A DNA stretch of 64,000 nucleotides. It comes from Candidatus Binatia bacterium. Lineage in GTDB: Bacteria > Desulfobacterota > Binatia > UBA12015. A program made the translations under genes and the position numbers. Of the stretch, positions 30,062-39,516 are shown piece after piece. The DNA lies in contig JAQWRY010000088.1 in the NCBI GenBank assembly GCA_029243485.1, positions 299,212 through 363,211 on the forward strand. The letters are read 5' to 3'. Below the pieces are notes generated by a model. That model was given only the letters and a program-made list of their open reading frames with translations, made no database searches and was not told the origin of the DNA. Numbering within the stretch: the stretch's first letter is position 1; the number at the start of each line of letters is the position of its first letter.

Positions 30062-30856
30062 CTAAGACGTTCGCCAGGTCGGCTTGCGCTTCTCGAGAAA
30101 GGCGTCGATGCCCTCGACGGCGTCGTCGCTCATCATGTCGCACGCCATGACGTCGGCGGCGTACTCGTAGGCCGCGTCCGTCGCGAGGCCGATCTGGCGG
30201 TAGAACATCTGTTTGCCGCTGCGCACGGCGGTCGCGGATTTCGAGGAGATCTTCCTCGCCAATTCAACCGTCGCCGCGTCGAGGTCGTCTGCCGCGACGA
30301 CGCGGTTCACCAGGCCGTACGCGAGTGCGGTGGGCGCGTCGATGAACTCCCCGGTGAAGAGCATCTCGAACGCGTGCTTGCGGGCGACGTTTCGCGAGAG
30401 GGCCACCGACGGGGTGGAGCAGAAGAGGCCAACTCCAATGCCGGATGTCGCGAACCGCGCTTCTTCGGTAGCGACGGCGAGGTCGCACGTCGCGACGAGC
30501 TGGCATCCGGCGGCCGTTGCGATGCCCTGAACGCGTGCGATCACGGGTTGGGGGAGGGTGGTCACGGAGAGCATGAGCTTGGCGCAGCGGGCGAAGAGTT
30601 CTTCGTAGTACGACTGCTCGGGCGTCGACCGCATCTGTCGAAGGTCGTGACCGGCGGAGAAGGCGCGCCCGTCCCCAGCGAGAATGACGACACGGACCGC
30701 CGTTTCCTGGCCGGTCTCGGTGAGCTCTGCGAGGAGAGCGTCGATCATCTCGGAGGACAGCGGGTTGAGCTGGCGCGGTCGGTTCAGGGTCAGCGTACGG
30801 ATGCCGTCTTCGTCGTGTCGCAGGACGAGCGGTTCTGGCTGCGCTTCGGTCGTCAT
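30062..30856 (-). CDS. Enoyl-CoA hydratase/isomerase family protein
   Basis: LNRP, AFSAGHDL, ATAAGCQLVATCDL, GLFCSTP, AFLEKRKP. Confidence 0.93.
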   Translation of the reverse strand: MTTEAQPEPLVLRHDEDGIRTLTLNRPRQLNPLSSEMIDALLAELTETGQETAVRVVILAGDGRAFSAGHDLRQMRSTPEQSYYEELFARCAKLMLSVTTLPQPVIARVQGIATAAGCQLVATCDLAVATEEARFATSGIGVGLFCSTPSVALSRNVARKHAFEMLFTGEFIDAPTALAYGLVNRVVAADDLDAATVELARKISSKSATAVRSGKQMFYRQIGLATDAAYEYAADVMACDMMSDDAVEGIDAFLEKRKPTWRTS

Positions 30857-30889
30857 GTGCTCGAGTTGATCACAGGTGCGGAGGAGCGG

Positions 30890-31840
30890 CTAGGAATCCG
30901 TTCTCGCTTCGGGCTGGGCCGTCGTCGTCGTGGGGCGCAGGAGGTCCGGCTCGATGTACATCGGCCCGACAATTGGCACGGCCGACCGGATCGCGACTTC
31001 GAGCGCGTCGATCGCGTGGGCGATCTCGGTGGTCGACATCCCCCGTTTGAACTCGACCTTCGCGCCGACCAGGAGTTCCTCCGGCCCGATGTGCTGCGTG
31101 CGCATGTGGATGAGCTGGACGACGTGGGGCGACTCGCTCAGCGTGGTGACGATCTTCTCGCGGTCTTCGCGCCGGGCCCCCTCTCCGATGAGAAGGCTTC
31201 GCATCTCGACGGCGAGCACGATTGCGATGACTCCGAGGAGTAGGCCGATCAGAAGCGTTCCCACCCCATCGTAGAGGGCGTTTCCCGTCACCGCAGCGAG
31301 GCTCACGGCGGCGAGCGCGATGACGAGGCCGATGAGGGCTCCGGCATCCTCCAGCAGGACGACCGGAAGCTCCGGAGAGCGGGACCTGCGGATGAAGTCC
31401 GTCCATGACGCGCGCCCGCGGGTGTGGTTCGCTTCGACGACGGCGGTGCGGAACGACCAGCCTTCGAGGAGGATGCCCCCGCAGAGGATCCCGATTGCCC
31501 AACTCAGGTCTTCGAGCGGATGTGGGTGGCGGATCTTCTCAATCCCCTCGACGACGGAGAACACTGAGCCGAGCGCGAACAGGACGAGCGATACGACGAA
31601 CGCCCAGAAGTAACGCTCACGGCCGTAGCCGAACGGATGCTGCGGCGTCGCATCGCGCTGGGCGAGCTTGTGCCCGAGCATGAGCAGGCCCTGGTTGCCC
31701 GTGTCGGCAAACGAGTGAATCGACTCGGCAAGCATCGACGAAGATCCCGTGAACACGAACCCCACGACCTTGGCGATCGCGATACCCAGGTTTGCGAGAA
31801 AGGCCGCAATGATTGCTTTGGTTCCACCGCCTGCGGACAT
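30890..31840 (-). CDS. Cation diffusion facilitator (CDF) transporter
   Basis: AESIHSFADTGNQ, HPFGYGRERYFW, LLEDAGAL, RTQHIGP. Confidence 0.93.
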   Translation of the reverse strand: MSAGGGTKAIIAAFLANLGIAIAKVVGFVFTGSSSMLAESIHSFADTGNQGLLMLGHKLAQRDATPQHPFGYGRERYFWAFVVSLVLFALGSVFSVVEGIEKIRHPHPLEDLSWAIGILCGGILLEGWSFRTAVVEANHTRGRASWTDFIRRSRSPELPVVLLEDAGALIGLVIALAAVSLAAVTGNALYDGVGTLLIGLLLGVIAIVLAVEMRSLLIGEGARREDREKIVTTLSESPHVVQLIHMRTQHIGPEELLVGAKVEFKRGMSTTEIAHAIDALEVAIRSAVPIVGPMYIEPDLLRPTTTTAQPEARTDS

Positions 31841-31973
31841 CTAGCTCCTCCGACTCATGCTCACCTCGGCCATGGGCGTGGGATAGACGAAGTCTCTCGT
31901 CTAGGCAATTCTGAGAGCACCAATTGTAGCCGGCCGCTTGACCGCCGGCCCTGCGAGCGGGAAACCCATTCGC

Positions 31974-32777
31974 ATGGGACGTCTCGAGAATCAGGTTTGT
32001 GTCATCACCGGAGCGGGAATGGGGATCGGGCGGGGGATCGCGCGGAGCTATGCGCGTGAGGGCGCGCGTGTCCTGGTGGCGGAGTTGGATCCGGACGCGG
32101 GCGAGCGCGTGGCCGCCGAGCTGGCGGAGATCGGCGCCGATGCGCGCTTCGTGCGCACCGACGTGAGCGACAAGGACCAGGTGCACGCGGCGATCGCCGA
32201 TGCGGTGTCCGCCTGGGGGACGGTCCACGTGCTGGTCAACAACGCGTGGGGCGGCAGCAACATCGCGCGGTTGGAGTGGAAGACCGATGAAAACATGATG
32301 CACGGCCTCAAGACGGGATACTTATCCGTCTTCTGGGCGATGCAAGCCGTCTTCCCCCACATGAAGGCGCAGGGCGGCGGCAGCATCATCACGATGTGCT
32401 CACTCAATGGGGTGAACGCGCACATGTATTCCGTGGAGTACAACGCGTCGAAGGAGGCCGCCCGGACGCTCACCCGAACGGCAGCCCGTGAATGGGGCCG
32501 CCATCAGATTCGTTGCAACGTGATCTGTCCGGCCGCGGCCACCGAGGCCTACGTCCGCTTCCGCGACCAGAATCCGGAGACCGCCGAGGTCATGCTCACC
32601 CAGAACCCCATGGGCCGAATGGGCGACCCCGAGACCGACATCGCCGGCGTCGCCCTTTTCCTAGCCTCAGACGACTCGAAGTACCTGACAGGAAACACGC
32701 TCTTCGCCGACGGCGGCGGCCACATCAACGGCGTAAACTGGTCCCCCGACCTCCCGGAGGAGAGGGACGTTGGTTAG
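31974..32777 (+). CDS. Short-chain dehydrogenase/reductase
   Basis: TGAGMGIG, NNAW, YNASK; start ATG 31974. Confidence 0.93.
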   Translation: MGRLENQVCVITGAGMGIGRGIARSYAREGARVLVAELDPDAGERVAAELAEIGADARFVRTDVSDKDQVHAAIADAVSAWGTVHVLVNNAWGGSNIARLEWKTDENMMHGLKTGYLSVFWAMQAVFPHMKAQGGGSIITMCSLNGVNAHMYSVEYNASKEAARTLTRTAAREWGRHQIRCNVICPAAATEAYVRFRDQNPETAEVMLTQNPMGRMGDPETDIAGVALFLASDDSKYLTGNTLFADGGGHINGVNWSPDLPEERDVG

Positions 32778-32814
32778 TCGTTGTTTAGTCTAAACAACGA
32801 CTAACCAACGTCCC
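32764..32814. repeat. Perfect 51-bp palindrome (25-bp arms, 1-nt centre)
   Basis: GGGACGTTGGTTAGTCGTTGTTTAG-T-CTAAACAACGACTAACCAACGTCCC. Confidence 0.97.
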
Positions 32815-33661
32815 CCCGGAGTTCGTTCAGGAACGCGCGGACGGAGTCGGTGAAGACGTCGTTGTTGTCGCCGGCGACCATGTGGCCGGCGCCGGAGACG
32901 TCGACGAACTTGGCGTGGGGGACGAGCTCGAGGAAGTGGCGGGCGCCTTCTTCGCTGAGGAGGTCGCTCTGGCGGCCGCGGACGAGAAGGGTGGGGATGT
33001 CGACCGCGCGCGCGGCGTCGTCGATCATGTCGTCGCGGCCTTCGGTCTGGCGGTCGATTCCGACGAAGCCGGGATCCCAATGCCAGCGCCAGCGACCGTC
33101 GTCGCCCTTGCGTAGATTTTTCGCGAGGCCCTCGGAGCTCTTCGGCCGCGGGCGGTTCGGGTTGTAGGCGGCGACCGCGTCGGCGCATTCGTCGAGCGTT
33201 GCGAACCCGTCCGAGTGCGCCTTCATGAACTCGAGGATCCGCTCCACGCCGTCGCGCTCCATCCGGGGGGCGACGTCGACCAGGATGAGGCCGATTGCGA
33301 AGTCGCCCTCGGATTCGCCCTGAGCGAGGAGGGCGGCGAGCCCTCCCAGCGAGGCCCCGACTAGAACAGGAGGCTTGGCGAGTTGGGGGATCAGCTCGAC
33401 GATGTCCGCCGCGTAGTCCTGGAGCTGGTACTGCTGGTCCTTCGCCCAGTCGCTCTCGCCGTGTCCGCGTTGGTCGAGGGCGACGACCTGCCACCCGTCT
33501 TCTGCCAAGGCGCATGCGGTATCGGACCAGGAATGCCGAGTCTGTCCGCCGCCGTGCAGCAGGACGACGGGCGTTCCGTTCGGGTCTCCGTAGACGTCGG
33601 CCTGTAGCGTGAGGCCCTTCGCGCCTTCGAAGGCGATGGGGCGTGGTCGTCCGCGTCGCAT
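32801..33661 (-). CDS. Alpha/beta fold hydrolase
   Basis: LLHGGGQT, DQRGHGES, GASLGG, WHWDP, GAGHMVAGD; start uncertain. Confidence 0.92.
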   Translation of the reverse strand: MRRGRPRPIAFEGAKGLTLQADVYGDPNGTPVVLLHGGGQTRHSWSDTACALAEDGWQVVALDQRGHGESDWAKDQQYQLQDYAADIVELIPQLAKPPVLVGASLGGLAALLAQGESEGDFAIGLILVDVAPRMERDGVERILEFMKAHSDGFATLDECADAVAAYNPNRPRPKSSEGLAKNLRKGDDGRWRWHWDPGFVGIDRQTEGRDDMIDDAARAVDIPTLLVRGRQSDLLSEEGARHFLELVPHAKFVDVSGAGHMVAGDNNDVFTDSVRAFLNELRGDVG

Positions 33662-33749
33662 ATCTCGTGCACGCTAGTGGTCGGCGATCGTGCTCGCAAA
33701 AGGCGACGGTTGCCCCGGCACGAGGCATCGGCCATGGTTTCGGGCCCAC

Positions 33750-35162
33750 ATGCCAGTCCAATTCCAAGGGCGACGCCTCCTCGCCGGCTTGTTCTTGCTC
33801 GCCTGCGCGTGCACGACGCCGGATCCGGGTCCGCCGGCGCAGCCGAACGTCCTCCTCGTTTCGATCGACACGCTGCGCAGCGATCACCTCGGCGCGTACG
33901 GCTACGACCGCGATACGAGCCCAGTGCTGGACCGGCTCGCCGCGGAGGGCGCGCTATTCGAGTCCGTCGTCGCGTCGTCGTCGTGGACGCTGCCGTCGCA
34001 CACGACGCTCCTCACGGGACTCCCGCCCGAGCTGCACGGCGTGGACACCTCCGAGGAACGTCTCCTGACGGAAGCGACGACGCTCGCCGAGGTGCTGCAC
34101 GAGCGCGGCTACGCGACCGCCGGGTTCGCTTCGGGGCCCTACCTCCGGGCGATGTACGGACACGATCAGGGCTTCGACACGTACGACGAGAGCACCGTCT
34201 GGCCCGAAGACGACATTCACAGAAAGCCGACCTCGCCACAGCTCGAGACGCTTGCCGTAAACTGGCTCGACGCCTGGCACGTGAAGGAGGACGAAAAGCC
34301 CTTCTTCGTGTTCTTGCACATGTGGGATCCGCACTACGACTTCTCCCCGCCGCCGCCCTACGACATCATGTTCGACCCGGAATACGAGGGCACCGTCACC
34401 GGTGACGACTTCGCCGGGACCGACCAGGTGCACAAGGACATGGCCGCGCGGGACCTCGAGCACGTCCTCGCACTCTACGACGGAGAGATCCGCTACACCG
34501 ACGAACACCTGGGCCGGATTCTCGCCGCCCTCGAACGGCTCGGCGTGTACGACGACACCATCGTCGTCGTCACGAGCGACCACGGCGAGGAGTTCTTCGA
34601 GCACGGCAAGAAGGGACACTCGAAGGGCCTCTACGACGAGGTGGTGAAGATCCCGTGGGTCGTTCGCTACCCGCGCCGCATTCCCGCAGGACAGAGGATC
34701 GGGAACCAGGTGCGTTCGATGGACGTCGCACCGACCATCCTCGGACTCGCCGGCATCGAACCGCCGCAGGGCTTCGGCAGCGGTTCCGCGAACCCGTACC
34801 GGGAGCACGATCTGAGTGGCTGGATCACCGGGGCCCGCAAGGTCGCCTCGTTCCCGGATCTCACCGCCTTCAGTCACGAGACGATGTGGGCCCACCGCGT
34901 CTCGGTGCAAACCCCCAAGCAGAAGCTCATCGTGATTCGCACGCCGAAGGGCCGGACGGTCGAGTTCTACGACCTTGCAAACGACCCGGGCGAGAAGCAG
35001 GATCTCACGGCCGGCGGCCCGGTCCAGGGAAAAGGCCGGGCGCTGCTCGGCTCCCTGCGTGCCTGGGACCAGCATTGGAAGGGGCGCGCGCCTCTTTCGG
35101 CCCCGATCGAGCTGGATCCGAAGCACGTCGAGCAGCTCCGGGCGCTCGGCTATGTGGAGTGA
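33750..35162 (+). CDS. Sulfatase-like (alkaline phosphatase superfamily) lipoprotein
   Basis: Lipoprotein-type signal; PNVLLVSIDTLRSDH, SWTLPSH, DPH, YDGEI, SDHGEEF.EHG, LRALGY. Confidence 0.9.
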   Translation: MPVQFQGRRLLAGLFLLACACTTPDPGPPAQPNVLLVSIDTLRSDHLGAYGYDRDTSPVLDRLAAEGALFESVVASSSWTLPSHTTLLTGLPPELHGVDTSEERLLTEATTLAEVLHERGYATAGFASGPYLRAMYGHDQGFDTYDESTVWPEDDIHRKPTSPQLETLAVNWLDAWHVKEDEKPFFVFLHMWDPHYDFSPPPPYDIMFDPEYEGTVTGDDFAGTDQVHKDMAARDLEHVLALYDGEIRYTDEHLGRILAALERLGVYDDTIVVVTSDHGEEFFEHGKKGHSKGLYDEVVKIPWVVRYPRRIPAGQRIGNQVRSMDVAPTILGLAGIEPPQGFGSGSANPYREHDLSGWITGARKVASFPDLTAFSHETMWAHRVSVQTPKQKLIVIRTPKGRTVEFYDLANDPGEKQDLTAGGPVQGKGRALLGSLRAWDQHWKGRAPLSAPIELDPKHVEQLRALGYVE

Positions 35163-35215
35163 CCCCGGAGGGTCTCGTTTTGCAAGCCCGGTGAGGGATC
35201 CTTATCCCAAAGGGC

Positions 35216-36631
35216 ATGGCTAGGAGTCTTCTCGACAAGGTCTGGGATTCGCACACGGTGCGTGAGCTCGATTCAGGGCAGTCCCAGCTGTTCATCGGTC
35301 TGCATCTGATTCACGAGGTCACGAGCCCGCAGGCGTTCGCGATGCTGCGCGAGGCCAAGCTCGGCGTGCCGTTCCCCAAGAGGACGTACGCGACCGTCGA
35401 TCACATCATTCCGACCGACTCGCAGGCACGTCCCCTCGCGGACAGCCAGGCCGAGATCATGATGTCGGAGATCGAGAAGAACTGCAGCGAGTACGACATC
35501 CAGTTCTTCGGACCGGAGTCGGGAAATCAGGGCGTGGTCCACATCATCGGACCGGAGCTCGGACTCACGCAGCCCGGGATGACGATCGCCTGCGGCGACA
35601 GTCACACGAGCACGCACGGTGCGTTTGGCGCGGTCGCGTTCGGAATCGGCACGAGCCAGGTGCGCGACGTGCTCGCGAGTCAGTGCCTCGCGATGCACCG
35701 CCCCAAGGTTCGTCGCATCGAAGTGGACGGTGACCTTGGCCCGGGTGTCTACGCGAAGGACGTGATCCTGCACATCATCGGGACTCTCGGTGTCGATGGC
35801 GGCGTCGGCTACGGCTACGAGTACGCCGGCACCGTGTTCGAGAACATGTCGATGGAAGAGCGGATGACCGTCTGCAACATGTCCATCGAGGGCGGAGCGC
35901 GCTGCGGCTACGTTAATCCGGACGACAAGACGGTCGAGTATCTGCGCGGCCGGAAGTTTGTTCCGGCCGGTGCCGACTTCGACAAGGCTGCCAAGTGGTG
36001 GCTGTCCAACGCATCGGACGAAGACGCTGCCTACGAGGACGTGGTCAGAATCCCGGCGCACGAGATTGCACCGACGATCACCTGGGGCATCAATCCCGGA
36101 CAGGTGGTCGGTGTGGACGGCGCCATCCCGGACCTAGCGTCGTTCGACGGAGACGACCGTCTCGTCGCCGAGGACGCATACGGCTACATGGGCTGGAACA
36201 AGGGCGACAAGATCTCGGGCACGAAGATCGACGTCGCGTTCATCGGTTCCTGCACGAACGGTCGCATCTCCGATTTGCGAGAGGCGGCCCGAGTCGCGAA
36301 GCTCGGGCGTGTGAAGTCGGGCGTGAAGGCGCTCGTCGTTCCCGGTTCGCAGGACGTCGCGCGCCAAGCCGAAGCGGAGGGTCTCCACGAGGTCTTCCGC
36401 GAGGCGGGCTTTGAGTGGCGCCTTCCCGGCTGCTCGATGTGTCTCGCGATGAACCCCGACAAGCTGCAGGGCCGCCAGGTCTGCGCCTCGTCGAGCAATC
36501 GCAATTTCAAGGGTCGACAGGGCAGTCCGTCCGGCCGGACGCTCCTCATGAGCCCGGCGATGGTGGCCGCGGCTGCGCTCGAAGGCGCTGTCACCGACGT
36601 GCGCGACATGATCGGAGAGGGGAACTCATGA
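35216..36631 (+). CDS. leuC: 3-isopropylmalate dehydratase large subunit
   Basis: [46 protein letters not shown]. Confidence 0.98.
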   Translation: MARSLLDKVWDSHTVRELDSGQSQLFIGLHLIHEVTSPQAFAMLREAKLGVPFPKRTYATVDHIIPTDSQARPLADSQAEIMMSEIEKNCSEYDIQFFGPESGNQGVVHIIGPELGLTQPGMTIACGDSHTSTHGAFGAVAFGIGTSQVRDVLASQCLAMHRPKVRRIEVDGDLGPGVYAKDVILHIIGTLGVDGGVGYGYEYAGTVFENMSMEERMTVCNMSIEGGARCGYVNPDDKTVEYLRGRKFVPAGADFDKAAKWWLSNASDEDAAYEDVVRIPAHEIAPTITWGINPGQVVGVDGAIPDLASFDGDDRLVAEDAYGYMGWNKGDKISGTKIDVAFIGSCTNGRISDLREAARVAKLGRVKSGVKALVVPGSQDVARQAEAEGLHEVFREAGFEWRLPGCSMCLAMNPDKLQGRQVCASSSNRNFKGRQGSPSGRTLLMSPAMVAAAALEGAVTDVRDMIGEGNS

Positions 36632-37254
36632 GCACCGACAAAGGACGCCACATCAAGACGATCGCCGGACGTCCGATCCCCCTTCCCGGAAACGAGATCG
36701 ACACCGACCAGATCATCCCCGCCCGCTACATGACCGCCGTGACGTTCGACGGAATGGGCCAATACGCCTTCCAGGACCTGAGGTTCGATAGCGAAGGCAA
36801 GCCTCTCGATCACCCGATGAACGATCCTCGCTTCCGGGCGAAGGGCCCGCGCGTCGCGATCGTGAACAAGAACTTCGGTTGCGGCTCGTCGCGTGAGCAC
36901 GCGCCGCAGGCGATGTGGCGTTGGGGCGTGCAGGCGATCATCGGCGAATCCTTCGCCGACATCTTCTTCAACAACTGTGTCTCGATGGGCATCCCGTGCG
37001 TGCAGGCGAGCGAGGCCGACGTGCACAAGCTGCTCGCCGTGGTGAACGAAGACCCGGCGCACGACCTCGCGATCGACCTCGAAGCGATGACCGCGACGTA
37101 CAACGGCGTTGGCTACGCGGTGAAGACGCACGATGGTGCGCGGCATCGTCTGCGGACCGGCACCTGGGACGCGACTGGGATTCTCGTCGAAGCTCTCGAC
37201 GACGTCCGCAAGACCGCTGCGAATCTTCCGTACGTTCAGAACTTCGGCGACTGA
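36628..37254 (+). CDS. leuD: 3-isopropylmalate dehydratase small subunit
   Basis: [31 protein letters not shown]; ATGA overlap with leuC. Confidence 0.98.
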   Translation: MSTDKGRHIKTIAGRPIPLPGNEIDTDQIIPARYMTAVTFDGMGQYAFQDLRFDSEGKPLDHPMNDPRFRAKGPRVAIVNKNFGCGSSREHAPQAMWRWGVQAIIGESFADIFFNNCVSMGIPCVQASEADVHKLLAVVNEDPAHDLAIDLEAMTATYNGVGYAVKTHDGARHRLRTGTWDATGILVEALDDVRKTAANLPYVQNFGD

Positions 37255-37299
37255 CGTTCCCGCGCGCACCAGCTCTCGCAGCGTTTGCCCCAACGCGTT

Positions 37300-38031
37300 C
37301 TAACCCGCTGTCGGTATGTCCCGTGTGGAGTCGACTCGGTCCAGGTTGAACTCGTCATAAAGGTCTTCGAGGAATGAGTAGTCCGCCGCGATGTAGCGAA
37401 GCTTGCGCATCGCGAGTACCGCCCCGGCGTTGGGTTCGCCGATTCTCCCGGATAGGAAGCCCACCAACTCAGCTTGCATAGTGCGAGTAGTCTGCGCGAG
37501 ATCGCTTCTCCACGCGCGCAATGCCATCGCGGCCTGAATCGAGGCCACGCCTACGAAAAAAGAGCAGGCGTTTCGAGTTCTATGTCGTGGTAGAGCGATC
37601 CGGCTGGGAGCTTCATGAACCACTTCATGAACGCTGCGAGACCTGAGTTGGTGATCTCGTAGGGCCGACAGCCGGGGCCCCTGGGGTTTGGGGTGCACGC
37701 GCGCCGATCAATCCGTCGCGCTCGAGGTTGCGGAACTCGCGGTCGAAATCGGAGGCAAGGTGTTCCGAGATCGAAGGAGGTGAGTACTCGCGGAGCAGTG
37801 ATTCGCGGGGCCCGGATCTTCCGGAGGTGAGCATGCCCAGGACGCGGAAGCGAAGCAGGGCCCGCGTCTCTTGGGGCGGCGCTGGCCGACGTCGCTGGGG
37901 GTCTCGACTGGCGCTAGGGGGCGGCGAAACGGCGAACGGTCGCATTTCCTCATGGGAGGACGCGGTACCTCGATCGCAGAAGAATCGTCAAGAACAGCAA
38001 CGAATGCCTGCCGAGCACGCTCTCTGGCCAC
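37300..38031 (-). pseudogene. Frameshifted PadR-like regulator, divergent paralogue of 38163-38756
   Basis: Segments in different frames: LLRFRVLGML..DREFRNLERDGLI / RPYEITNSGLAAFMKW / ..ALRAWR..RKLRYIAADYSFLEDL; 5' boundary uncertain. Confidence 0.65.
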
Positions 38032-38162
38032 CCCTTGGATGCATCCGTGACGCTTGATGGGTGTCTGATAGGTATTGACTTGAAGCCGATCTAGCTGAGC
38101 GTCATCCAGGCCGTAGATGGAGGTGTTGCCTCCTCTTGGAACCCGAAATCGAGGAGGGCTCG

Positions 38163-38756
38163 ATGCTACGTCGACAGATTCTTGGGCTACTGAGCCAGGG
38201 CCGCCAACATGGATACGCGCTCGCCAAGGAGCACCGCCATCGGACTTGGCTCGTTGGAGGGTCAGGGAACTTCTACCGGGAGCTGAAGCACCTCTGCAGC
38301 GTCGGGATGATCAGACTTGCGTCCACGGGGACCGCCGGCGATCCGCGCAAGGTCAGCTACGAGATCACCTCGAGCGGTAAGGCAGACTTCATGGGCTGGC
38401 TCACCGACGTCCCAGAGGTCTCACCCTGTCCGGAGTCGGAGCTCGCGACCCGCGCTCCTCTCTTTTTCCTCTTGCCGAGTGATACGGCGATCTCACTGCT
38501 CGATGATTGGAAGCGGTGTTTGTGGCGTGCGATCCGTCGACTCGAAGACGCGAACTTGGCCCCGGGATCGACTGGCATGCAGAGAGCGGTCTGCGACACT
38601 CTCGTTCAACGAAGGACCCGACATTTGAGCTTGGAACTCGAGTTCGTCGAGGAGCTCAAGGCAACCATCGCGGCGGAGCGAGAGGCTAAAGCGGAGGTCG
38701 AGGCCGTCGCGGAGGCGCCGGTCGCGAAGCGCGCGCTGACAAGGGCACGGTCCTGA
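38163..38756 (+). CDS. PadR family transcriptional regulator
   Basis: RBS GAGGAGG; ILGLL..G..HGY, GNFYREL, YEITSSGK, C-terminal helix ELEFVEEL. Confidence 0.9.
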   Translation: MLRRQILGLLSQGRQHGYALAKEHRHRTWLVGGSGNFYRELKHLCSVGMIRLASTGTAGDPRKVSYEITSSGKADFMGWLTDVPEVSPCPESELATRAPLFFLLPSDTAISLLDDWKRCLWRAIRRLEDANLAPGSTGMQRAVCDTLVQRRTRHLSLELEFVEELKATIAAEREAKAEVEAVAEAPVAKRALTRARS

Positions 38757-38781
38757 GCGGAAGCTCGGTGGGGCAATTGCC

Positions 38782-39516
38782 ATGAAGATCATCGCGGTGG
38801 ATCGGGCAACGAAGGAGTACGGTTTTGGCGCTGCAGCTACCCGCGCGCTCGACGACGTATCTCTCGATGTGGAGCCGGGAGAGTTCGTTGCGATCATGGG
38901 GCCGAGCGGGTGCGGGAAAAGCACGTTGCTCAATCTGATCGCGGCGTTCGACCGTCCGACCTCGGGATCGATCACGGTCGCGGGTCAGGATCTAGCGCGG
39001 CTTTCAGAGCACAGACTGAGTTTGCTGAGGGCGCAGCACATCGGATTTGTCGTGCAGAGTTTCAACCTTCTCCCGCGCCTGACCATCGAGGAGAACGTCT
39101 GGGCGCCACTCGGTGCCGTGGGCGTCAGTCTGCGCGAGTCACGCGAGCGGGCGCGAGGCCTCCTGGAACTCGTCGGTTTGTCCCAGAACCGCGCGGCCCG
39201 TTTCCCGTTGGAACTCTCAGGTGGCGAACAGCAGCGCGTAGCGATCGCGCGCGCCCTGGTAGGAGCCCCGGCGATCCTCCTGGCAGACGAGCCCACGGGC
39301 AACCTGGATTCGAGAAATGGGATTCGAGCCCTGAACCTCCTCCGAGATCTCAGCACCGACCGGAAGATGGCGGTCGTGCTCGTAACGCATGACTCGTTCG
39401 CAGCGACGTACGGCAATCGAACGGTGCTGATGCAGGACGGTCGTGTGGTGGAGGAGATCGGCCCAGGCGAAAAGCCGTCTGTTGGCTCCCTCGAATCGAT
39501 CGAGGGCGGCAGATGA
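38782..39516 (+). CDS. ABC transporter ATP-binding protein (LolD/MacB-like)
   Basis: [38 protein letters not shown]. Confidence 0.95.
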   Translation: MKIIAVDRATKEYGFGAAATRALDDVSLDVEPGEFVAIMGPSGCGKSTLLNLIAAFDRPTSGSITVAGQDLARLSEHRLSLLRAQHIGFVVQSFNLLPRLTIEENVWAPLGAVGVSLRESRERARGLLELVGLSQNRAARFPLELSGGEQQRVAIARALVGAPAILLADEPTGNLDSRNGIRALNLLRDLSTDRKMAVVLVTHDSFAATYGNRTVLMQDGRVVEEIGPGEKPSVGSLESIEGGR

